From Wolbachia endosymbiont of Drosophila innubila (GTDB lineage Bacteria > Pseudomonadota > Alphaproteobacteria > Rickettsiales > Anaplasmataceae): a stretch of DNA of 32,000 nucleotides. Positions 1 through 7,782 of the stretch are shown one piece after another. The notes under the pieces are model-generated. The model did not search any database. It had not been told where the DNA came from and saw nothing but the letters and a program-made list of their open reading frames with translations. Made by a program: the position numbers and the translations under genes. How positions within the stretch are numbered: position 1 is the first letter of the stretch; each line of letters starts with the position of its first letter. The stretch is from assembly GCF_021378375.1 (NCBI RefSeq), contig NZ_CP076228.1, positions 90,001-122,000 on the forward strand. Direction: 5' to 3'.

Positions 1-193
1 CTGCATTATTGATTTCTTCTCGTGCATCTTGAATGCCATACACCTTATCATTAGCCACCCTATTGAGATATTTTAGCACCTCATCTAGCGATCCGTGTGT
101 TCTTAGTATACTAAAAAACTTTATTGGTCCTATGGTTCTAGCCAGGCTTAACCATACTTCTAATTCTTTGTTGTTCAATTTATTTATCTTCAT
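1..193 (-). CDS. dprA: DNA-processing protein DprA/Smf, N-terminal part (gene runs off the left edge)
   Basis: Absent from the ORF track because the window holds no stop codon. Manual minus-strand translation from the ATG at 193-191 gives MKINKLNNKELEVWLSLARTIGPIKFFSILRTHGSLDEVLKYLNRVANDKVYGIQDAREEINNA. The 'E...WL.L.R..G.GP..F..L....GS' pattern is typical of DprA N-termini. Confidence 0.5.
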   Translation of the reverse strand, partial: MKINKLNNKELEVWLSLARTIGPIKFFSILRTHGSLDEVLKYLNRVANDKVYGIQDAREEINNA

Positions 194-254
194 AAAAAGC
201 TTGAATTTCTTATCAATTTAGTGTACCCAAGATAATGCAAATATACAGTGTTTT

Positions 255-629
255 ATGACGCATTTTGTTACAGATAAATGCATAAAATGTAAATATACAG
301 ACTGCGTGGAAGTATGTCCCGTTGACTGCTTCTATGAAGGCAAAAACATGCTCGTGATTAACCCAGATGAATGTATTGATTGCGGAGTGTGCATACCTGA
401 GTGTCCAGTAGATGCAATTGTAACTGATGATTCCATAAAAGATATTTTAGAACTAGATGAAGAGTTGCTGAGCAGCGAACAAAAAACTTTCAAGTTATTT
501 TACGATATAAATGTAGAATACTCACAAAAGTGGCCAAATATTACAGCTAAAAAACAACCCCTCTATACTGCAGAAGAGTATAAGGAAAAAAAGGATAAAA
601 CAGCTTATTTTGATGAAAATTTAGAATAA
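255..629 (+). CDS. fdxA: Ferredoxin, FdxA type with two Fe-S cluster motifs
   Basis: 124 aa ORF carrying [14 protein letters not shown] and [12 protein letters not shown] cysteine motifs, matching the 7Fe/2x[4Fe-4S] ferredoxin FdxA family. Confidence 0.9.
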   Translation: MTHFVTDKCIKCKYTDCVEVCPVDCFYEGKNMLVINPDECIDCGVCIPECPVDAIVTDDSIKDILELDEELLSSEQKTFKLFYDINVEYSQKWPNITAKKQPLYTAEEYKEKKDKTAYFDENLE

Positions 630-822
630 TGCTACTGAAGGAAAAGAAACTTTTTGTATTTCAGGGTTGTTGTTTTTGGTTGCTGAAAATAGTTGCGTTA
701 TCTAAGTTGTTATGCTGATAAATTAGTATCGATTAATTTAAGGATTAAGGAAAAAGGCTTATTGACTTTTGAAATATTTGATTATAAAACTAGCTGTTAG
801 CATTAAATCTTGGGGGTAAGTT

Positions 823-1071
823 ATGAGTATAAATAAAAGAGAAACCATTAAAAAGATTGAAGGGTTACTTTTTCAAGCGAACGGTAATCTTGAAAAAGCA
901 TGTGATCTATTATCAACAGTAGAGTTAACCGAAGATGATATTAAAATATTGCTGGAAGAGATGATAAAAGAGTATCATAGCTTGTTTGAAAAGATTTCTT
1001 GGAGTTGTGGAATTACTGCAGGCAGTGCACAAGATGCCAACGCAAGCAGCTTCAACGAAGTTTTTAGCTAG
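823..1071 (+). CDS. Hypothetical small helical protein (orphan)
   Basis: 82 aa ORF with a G-rich Shine-Dalgarno-like tgggggtaag 3 nt upstream of the ATG. No family recognised. Co-oriented with fdxA and ddl. Confidence 0.5.
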   Translation: MSINKRETIKKIEGLLFQANGNLEKACDLLSTVELTEDDIKILLEEMIKEYHSLFEKISWSCGITAGSAQDANASSFNEVFS

Positions 1072-1088
1072 GTTCAAAAGAGTTAGCA

Positions 1089-1607
1089 TTGGCAATGACG
1101 TCAGATCTCAGAAAGTCTTATGATCAAGAATTATTTAAGAAATATAAAAAAGAAGAAATGTCTTATCCTGAAGGAGAAGGAGTACAATTTATTAGAGAAT
1201 TGAGAGTTCTAAGTAGAATACTTACTATATCTTTAATAAGGAAACTTGATGAAGTTTACAAGTTTACTCCAGAAGAAATTGAGCGTTTGAAGGAATATAT
1301 GTTAGTTAGCAACTATGATATAAGCAAAAGTCTTTCTGATATAGACAAATATATGCATGCACTATCTGCCTTAATTAGAAACTCTTCACTTGATACAAAA
1401 AAGATATTTGAGCTAAATAATCGAATGATAATACACACTACAGCCTTAATTGATTTAGTAACTAGTGGAGTAGTGAAAAAAGAAGAAGCAAAAGAACAAT
1501 CTGCTGAGGATTTAGAAAAGCTTATCTGTGAACAGTATAAAGGTGCAGCAAACACGCCACTACCGTTGCAGAGCACGCTATTTGAAGTGGATAAAAAAAG
1601 TGCTTGA
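1089..1607 (+). CDS. Hypothetical helical protein (orphan)
   Basis: 172 aa ORF starting 17 nt after the previous ORF. The track start is TTG, and the ATG at 1095 is an alternative. The protein is K/E-rich and predicted helical, with no recognised motif. Confidence 0.5.
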   Translation: MAMTSDLRKSYDQELFKKYKKEEMSYPEGEGVQFIRELRVLSRILTISLIRKLDEVYKFTPEEIERLKEYMLVSNYDISKSLSDIDKYMHALSALIRNSSLDTKKIFELNNRMIIHTTALIDLVTSGVVKKEEAKEQSAEDLEKLICEQYKGAANTPLPLQSTLFEVDKKSA

Positions 1608-1686
1608 AGAAAGTTTATAGTTAGCCAAAGTAGGTATTTAATAAGCTTAATGTAACCATTATGTATGCTATATAGCAAAACATAGA

Positions 1687-2640
1687 ATGCTTATGATTCC
1701 AACTATAGCAATTTTAAGTGGTGGATTTTCTTGTGAGAGAGAAATATCGCTTATGAGCGGAAAAGCAGTGAAGAAGGCGCTCGATAGCCTTTCATATAAT
1801 GCAATAGAAATAGATGTTGACAGCAATATTGCTGAAAAGCTTAAAAAAATTAATCCGGGCCTTGCTTTTATCGCTCTGCATGGACCTTATGGTGAAGATG
1901 GCTGCATTCAAGGTTTATTGGAAATCTTAGGTATAAAATATACACACTCAGGAGTTATGGCTTCTGCCGTTGCTATAAATAAAGTGATGTCAAAGCATAT
2001 ATTTCGATCCCTTAATATCGACACTCCAAAAGGTTATGTAATTAGCCGAGAAGATGTACTAAAAAATAATATTAAAATCGATTATCCGTACGTCTTAAAA
2101 CCAATTAATGAAGGTTCAAGTATTGGAGTGTACATAATTTTCTCGCACGAGGATTACTTAGAACTGAAAAATAATAGTTCTACTATAATGGAAAAGATGA
2201 TCGTAGAAGAATACATACCGGGCATAGAGTTACATACTGCTGTATTGCTGGATGAAGCAATTGGCACTATAGAAGTACGACCAAAAAATAAATTCTATGA
2301 TTATGAAGCAAAGTATACAGATGGATTTGCAGAACATATATTTCCTGCTAAAATTCCTGACAATATATATAAAATGACCTTGGAACACGCACTGAAAATA
2401 CATCAATTTTTAGGATGCAAAACTATTTCCCGCTCAGATTTCCGTTATAATCCCAAAAATAACACTTTAAAAATGCTTGAGATTAATACACATCCTGGCT
2501 TTACTGAGTTATCGTTAGTGCCAGAAATTGCAAAATTGGCAAAAGGAATCAATTTTAATGAATTAGTTAAAATTATTATTGAAGATAGTTTGCAGCACAA
2601 AAATATTAGGGATTTAAGTCATGTTGAGCAGTATTACTAG
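1687..2640 (+). CDS. ddl: D-alanine--D-alanine ligase
   Basis: 317 aa with an ATP-grasp Ddl pattern: ALHGPYGEDGCIQGLLE, YPYVLKPINEGSSIGV and LEINTHPGFT. Confidence 0.92.
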   Translation: MLMIPTIAILSGGFSCEREISLMSGKAVKKALDSLSYNAIEIDVDSNIAEKLKKINPGLAFIALHGPYGEDGCIQGLLEILGIKYTHSGVMASAVAINKVMSKHIFRSLNIDTPKGYVISREDVLKNNIKIDYPYVLKPINEGSSIGVYIIFSHEDYLELKNNSSTIMEKMIVEEYIPGIELHTAVLLDEAIGTIEVRPKNKFYDYEAKYTDGFAEHIFPAKIPDNIYKMTLEHALKIHQFLGCKTISRSDFRYNPKNNTLKMLEINTHPGFTELSLVPEIAKLAKGINFNELVKIIIEDSLQHKNIRDLSHVEQYY

Positions 2641-3379
2641 AAGCCAAAGGAGTTTTTTGCGTAAGTGTGCCTTGGTTGTTATCACAGCACTTTTTCTTAC
2701 GCTAATACTTTACAGCTCACTTGATAAAATAATAAATCGATTTAATTACTACTTTACTTGGTACAATGACTGCCTATCTAGTTTATTACTCAGTAGTGGA
2801 TTTTCAATCGACGAAGTAGTCGTGAGCGGCAATAAATTTACAAACAAAAAGGATATTCTAAGTTTGACAGATAGAACGCAACCTATCCTGTATATATCAC
2901 TTTCAAAACTTGCCGGTAACATACAATCCGTAAGCAGATGGATAAAACACGTAAGAGTTCACAGAATTTTGCCCAATACTCTACACATTAATATAGATGA
3001 GCATAAACCGTTTGCTCTCTGGAAAGATAATAACAAAACCTCGGTAATTGATTTTGAAGGTAAAGTGATCGTAGATGACTATCTAGTAGATGATCTTGTT
3101 GTAATTACAGGACAAAACTCATTATCAAACCTAGAATTTGTTAAAGATGTGTTAGAGAGTAAAACTCAATTAAGTGACCACATTTCTTCTTTTGCTTATA
3201 TAGGGAATAGAAGATGGAATATCATACTTGATAACGATTCCACAGTAAAACTGCCTGAAGATAACCCTTATAGTGCATGGGACTATTTAAACCACTTACA
3301 CAATACAACTGATTTTACTTTCAGCGATTGGAGTATTATTGATATGCGTATTACTGATAAAATCTTTGTGAAGAGGTGA
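2621..3379 (+). CDS. ftsQ: Cell division protein FtsQ (POTRA domain)
   Basis: 252 aa with an N-terminal TM helix followed by a POTRA-like region (VVVSGNKFTNKKDIL...W...V.V.R..PNTL.I...E.KP.A.W). It overlaps the ddl stop by 20 nt, the classical ddl-ftsQ order. Confidence 0.85.
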   Translation: MLSSITRSQRSFLRKCALVVITALFLTLILYSSLDKIINRFNYYFTWYNDCLSSLLLSSGFSIDEVVVSGNKFTNKKDILSLTDRTQPILYISLSKLAGNIQSVSRWIKHVRVHRILPNTLHINIDEHKPFALWKDNNKTSVIDFEGKVIVDDYLVDDLVVITGQNSLSNLEFVKDVLESKTQLSDHISSFAYIGNRRWNIILDNDSTVKLPEDNPYSAWDYLNHLHNTTDFTFSDWSIIDMRITDKIFVKR

Positions 3380-3387
3380 TCTGCTGT

Positions 3388-3665
3388 AATCCAAGTAGCC
3401 CCTTTTCCTGTCATCCCAGTGCCCAGACACTGGAATCCCGCCGCGAACCGTCATACCGCGATTCATTCGCGGTATCTCTTAACATAGATCCCTTATTTAA
3501 CCGCCATACCTTAACATAGATCCCGCTAACACGTAGCGGGATGACGAGGTTATCGTCATGTCACCGCGAACCGTCATACCGTCACGAACCGTCATACCGC
3601 GATTCATTCGCGGTATCTCAGCCGCTAACAAGAGATCCCGCTAACACGTAGCGGGATGACGGTTG
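3388..3665. repeat. Cluster of modular palindromic (hairpin) repeats, including a roughly 123-bp tandem duplication
   Basis: Hairpin modules present: H1 gtcatcccagtgcccagacactgg (3410-3438). H2 cataccgcgattcattcgcggtatctc (about 3452-3478 and 3593-3620). H3 agatcccgctaacacgtagcgggatgacg (about 3517-3546 and 3634-3662). The block starting ccgcgaaccgtcatacc recurs at 3441 and 3564. Confidence 0.85.
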
Positions 3666-3670
3666 TCGTT

Positions 3671-3965
3671 TAGCTATAAATATTTAAGAAATTTACCAAA
3701 CGAAAAAAAAGGCAAAAGAAACCCCGTGGTTGGCTAATTACTTACATTATACTTTCAAGTATGGCGTTTTTTTATTCTAAACGCTTAATAACCGCGATTT
3801 AGCTGCTTTTTAATGCAACTAACCTTTAGTCATAAATGTTTAAGAAACTTACTAAACAGAAAAAAAGGCAAAAGAAACCCTAGGGTAGCTAGTTATTCAC
3901 TATCCATTTTTTAAGTTGGCGTTTTTTTATGTTTTAAATGCTTTATAAGCGCATTTTAGCTTATA
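3671..3965. repeat. Two tandem copies of a roughly 158-bp noncoding unit
   Basis: Copy A starts at 3671 (tagctataaatatttaagaaatttaccaaacgaaaaaaaaggcaaaagaaacccc...ggcgtttttttat...). Copy B starts at 3829 (tagtcataaatgtttaagaaacttactaaacagaaaaaaaggcaaaagaaaccct...ggcgtttttttat...). By eye the two are roughly three-quarters identical. Confidence 0.75.
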
Positions 3966-4212
3966 TTAGGTAAAAACCTAGAAATTTTATAAAGACATAA
4001 GGTACACATAGTGCAAAAAATTAAACATGAGACGCCAGATACGTGAGTTTTTTTGTCATTTAATCTGTACAGAGAAGATAAATAAATAGCTTCAGTTTCA
4101 TGATAAGGGGGCTGGCGAGGTTTGTCAAGGAATTTTTATGCAAGAGATCTATTGAAATGCCCCTGTAAAATTATACTATTAATTAGTACACTATAAATTT
4201 AAAATTATAGAT

Positions 4213-5319
4213 ATGTTAAGCAAATTGGTAATTTTGCTATTAGTTTTTATACTTCCTTTTTCTTCATACTCATACCAGTTTAGAACCAAAGCAAAGCAAG
4301 CAGTAGTCTTAGATTTAGCTTCAGACTCATTCATTTTTGACCATAATTCTGATGAAAAAATGGCCCCATCTTCAATGAGCAAGCTAATGACTTTATATAT
4401 AGCCTTCGATTATCTAAAAGCTGGAATAATACACATGGAGGATAAATTTCGAGTAAGTAGAAAAGCGTGGGAAAGGAGAGGCTCTTCTATGTTTTTGAAA
4501 GAAGGTCAATCCGTTACGGTGAGGGAATTACTTGAAGGAATTACAATAGTCTCAGGCAATGATGCCTGCATAACACTAGCCGAGGGCATTGCAGGATCAG
4601 AAGAGAATTTTGTGGCTGAAATGAATGAAGTTGCACAAAATTTGAATCTGAATGACAGTCATTTTGTCAACTCAAGCGGGTGGCCAGATGAAGATCATTT
4701 TATGAACGCAAAAGACTTGGTAATGCTGGCAAAAAGGATTTTCACCGATTTTCCTGAATATTATGATTTATTTTCCGAACAATATTTGACATATAATGAA
4801 ATTGTACAAAAGAATAAAAATCTTCTACTTTTTCACGATATTGGGGTTGATGGCTTAAAAACCGGTTATACAAATGCTGGTGGTTACGGCATTGTAGCAT
4901 CTGCAAAACGAAATGATAGGAGAATTTTTGCTGTCGTAAATGGTTTAAACACTGAGAAAGAGCGAATAGAAGAAGCAAAAAGATTGATACAATACTCCTT
5001 AAATCATTTTAACACTAAGAAAATATTCGTTAAAGACAGCGTAGTTGAGGAAGTAAATGTTCTCTATGGAAAAGATAGAAAAGTGCCTATTACAGTTGCA
5101 AACGATGTTACCATAACTTACAACCGCAAATTGCATGACCAAATTAAGGTGCGTATTGAATATAAAGATATGATACCTGCACCCATTAAAAAAGGTCAAG
5201 AAGTGGGCAAAGTTTTTGTAGAAATACCAGGTATTGAGCAACAAACTACACCACTTTATGCAGCAAATGACGTGCAGGAATTGAATTTCGTAGAAAAGTT
5301 TTTTAGGATGTTGTTTTAA
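4213..5319 (+). CDS. dacA: Serine-type D-Ala-D-Ala carboxypeptidase (PBP5/6, DacA family)
   Basis: 368 aa with an N-terminal signal peptide. It carries the SxxK motif (SMSK), the SxN motif (SGN) and the KTG motif (LKTGYT) in the canonical order. Confidence 0.9.
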   Translation: MLSKLVILLLVFILPFSSYSYQFRTKAKQAVVLDLASDSFIFDHNSDEKMAPSSMSKLMTLYIAFDYLKAGIIHMEDKFRVSRKAWERRGSSMFLKEGQSVTVRELLEGITIVSGNDACITLAEGIAGSEENFVAEMNEVAQNLNLNDSHFVNSSGWPDEDHFMNAKDLVMLAKRIFTDFPEYYDLFSEQYLTYNEIVQKNKNLLLFHDIGVDGLKTGYTNAGGYGIVASAKRNDRRIFAVVNGLNTEKERIEEAKRLIQYSLNHFNTKKIFVKDSVVEEVNVLYGKDRKVPITVANDVTITYNRKLHDQIKVRIEYKDMIPAPIKKGQEVGKVFVEIPGIEQQTTPLYAANDVQELNFVEKFFRMLF

Positions 5320-5418
5320 GTTTGATATTAAAGCAATTCCGAAAGAGAGATCTATTGCACTTTAGTGTAGTTTTAACTAACAATTTCTGTTACAATACAA
5401 GATTGAAATGTTACGAAA

Positions 5419-5733
5419 ATGTGCTGGTTGTATTTGTTGCTGTCTAGTATCCTAGAGATACTGTGGGCTGTAACGCTAAAGTTTAGTAACAGTTTTACTA
5501 AAGTTGTGCCTTCGATTGCAACATTGGTAATTATGATCATTAGCATTTACTTTTTATCTCTTGCAGCATGCTTTCTACCTATTAGGGTATGCTATGCAGT
5601 TTCCTCTGGAATATGCACAATTGGAATAACTATAATTGGTGCAACCACTTTCACAGAGAATATTAATTTATCTCAAGTTTTATGTATCGTTTTAATTGTA
5701 ATAGGAAGCATAGGGCTAAAGCTCTCTATTTAA
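5419..5733 (+). CDS. Small multidrug resistance (SMR) family protein, divergent SugE/Gdx-like paralogue
   Basis: 104 aa with 4 predicted TM helices. The membrane Glu is conserved in TM1 (SSILEILW) and the C-terminal GLKL is present. YAVSSGIC replaces the YA.WTG.GA motif found in the neighbouring paralogue. Confidence 0.8.
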   Translation: MCWLYLLLSSILEILWAVTLKFSNSFTKVVPSIATLVIMIISIYFLSLAACFLPIRVCYAVSSGICTIGITIIGATTFTENINLSQVLCIVLIVIGSIGLKLSI

Positions 5734-5749
5734 ACCTAAAAATTTATGC

Positions 5750-6094
5750 ATGAATTGGATATATTTACTCTTATCGTCACTAATTGAAGTGTTCTGGGTC
5801 ATAACACTTAAGCATAGTTATGGATTTACTCATCTCGTACCATCAATAATTAGCATACTCTCCATGGCTCTTAGTACATATTTACTTTCGCTCGCTACAC
5901 GTTCTATACCTATCGGAGTATGCTATGCAATTTGGACTGGAGTGGGCGCTATAGGAGCTTCGATACTTGGAGTTTACCTATTTGATGAACCAGTTAATTT
6001 ATTCGAAGTAATATGCTTTATTTTAGTTACATTCGGGATTATAGGATTAAAATTGTTTGATACTGCAAAACAAACTGTTGATAAAATGGAATAA
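5750..6094 (+). CDS. sugE: SMR family protein, SugE/Gdx subfamily
   Basis: 114 aa reading MNWIYLLLSSLIEVFW...LKHSYGF...YAIWTGVGAIGA...GLKL, which closely follows the SugE pattern. It starts 16 nt after the previous SMR gene. Confidence 0.85.
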   Translation: MNWIYLLLSSLIEVFWVITLKHSYGFTHLVPSIISILSMALSTYLLSLATRSIPIGVCYAIWTGVGAIGASILGVYLFDEPVNLFEVICFILVTFGIIGLKLFDTAKQTVDKME

Positions 6095-6190
6095 AAGATC
6101 CCACTGGGATGAAAGAAGCAGATACTCCATATTGTCATGCAAATTGGAATCCAGACTTTTTTCTATATAGCATGGTGAAGACGGGAAACC

Positions 6191-7680
6191 GTAACCGTTC
6201 ACACAATGGCGTCAACTTAAGGAAAAATATCAGCGATAGTGTATAAAATTTCTCTCCAAATTTTTTATCATTAAATTATCCAAAGAGTGCAAGGGACAGC
6301 ACTTTTGTTTCTATTTTATTGCAACAAAAAAGTTTAAAATGTGTCTTTTTTAGGTGAGGCATGCAAAAAGGAAAAGATCTTATCTTACAAATTAAAAATG
6401 CAATATACTCGAAAACTTTTCAGAAAATCCATTGTGTTGAGTTTTACACGAACAAGAAAACTTCCTTTTTCGACAGTATTTTCTATGATTTTAAAGTTAG
6501 TTAAAAAAAGTTTGGGAATAGAATGTGAACTTATGGAGCCATTGACATGTACCCTCAAAGCAAGCTTTTTCTAAAGCAAGGTATAAGATTTGCCATACAG
6601 GCTTTTTCAAGAATTTAAGCATCCAAACAGCCTATCAGGATGAACCTGAGTTGGAGAGGCTATAGACTTATTGCAGCAGATGGTTCTGGTATGAGATTAC
6701 CCAGCTCTGGGGAAATTGTATCCGAGTTTGAACCAAATGGAACAACAGGCACCATTGGCAATTTGTTTGTTGATTTGTGTACTTCATTGATTTGCAGTGC
6801 TCGTCTTGCAGCTTGGAATATAGGTGAACAAACGTTGGCGGCAGAGCAATTACCCGAAGTTATCACTCAAATGCGTTTATTAAATCAAGAGAAATTATTA
6901 TTTATCTATGATCGTCTTCAGTAAAATTCATTCAGCAGCATTATAATTTGAAGTAGATTTTATTTTTCGCTTGCAAAAAGAAATTATAGTAAGCTATGGG
7001 AACGCTGGCGAATTAGATTTTGATTTTATATTAGAAAATGAAAAGCTAAAAATAAAATGAAAGGACAGAAAGTAAGAGTTATAGTGCTGACATTAGCCAA
7101 CTGAGAAACAGAGTTTTTGACCGAGACTTTGGAGCAAAGCTTATGTGTTAAGGTGGCACATAGAGGAGTGCTATAAACGACTCAAAGTAGGAGCAGAGTT
7201 AGAGAATTTTTCTGGAGAGGCTGTATTACAAGAATTTTGGGCAAACTTGGTCATGTGCAATATATTATCGCTTCATATGTGTGATGCACAAGGGCCTTGG
7301 AACCCAGATCAAATTACTGATACCAATTCCCACTGCACAATAAACGGATAGATAACAATGGAAAAAAAAGCCATACTATTGCCTTTCTTTCTCACTCCAC
7401 AATTAAATAACTCTACAATATCGCTTATTTGATTCACTAATAATGAGAATTGGTATGAGTATCGTTTAAATTTTTCAGTTTTATTTGGTGTAATGAGGCA
7501 GAAACTCTATCAGGTACTTATTGCGCCAAAAAACTTTCAAGCCCTTTTTAAGTATACGCGCTAAAGTTAAAATCCGACCGGGACAGCCGCAATAAAGTAG
7601 ATAAGCCTAAACGCCATCATGTCTTTAGGAGAGTTTGCTAATGAAAGTTCTTAAGTTGACGCCATTGGCTGAACGGATAC
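6191..7680 (+). mobile_element. Degenerate IS4-family-like insertion sequence
   Basis: Imperfect ~31-bp terminal inverted repeats: gtaaccgttcacacaatggcgtcaacttaag (6191-6221) against cttaagttgacgccattggctgaacggatac (7650-7680). They enclose broken transposase frames. Confidence 0.7.
6341..7640 (+). pseudogene. DDE transposase (IS4-family-like), broken by multiple stops and frameshifts
   Basis: Fragments 6341-6574 (FTRTRKLPFSTVFSMILKLVKKSL), 6640-6924 (YRLIAADGS...) and 7145-7351 (RWHIEECYKRLK...) lie in different frames. RW.IEE.YK.LK is the C-terminal DDE 'E' signature region. Confidence 0.7.
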
Positions 7681-7782
7681 GATTTATTTCAGTGCATGAG
7701 CTGGTCCTTTTCGGGTTTTAGCGCTGTGTACATAACTGCACGAACGTCTAGTTTAGGGGTAAGAAAAATTAGGGCCCGCAAA

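Noticed and set aside
33-221. 62-aa plus-strand ORF at the window start
   Set aside because: It is antisense to the DprA-like N-terminal coding region, which has a recognisable family pattern.
1313-1678. 121-aa minus-strand ORF
   Set aside because: It is antisense to the 1089-1607 ORF and runs into the ddl upstream region. It is Cys/Ser/Phe-rich, with nothing to support it as a gene.
3388-3665. Possible CRISPR array, since it shows repeated palindromic units
   Set aside because: The repeats belong to several different types with irregular spacing and no unique spacers of uniform length. No cas genes or leader are present. The same modules occur scattered elsewhere.
5320-5418. Guanidine-type riboswitch upstream of the SMR pair
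   Set aside because: The 99-nt leader is AT-rich, and I could not see conserved G-rich helices or motifs of known guanidine riboswitch classes.
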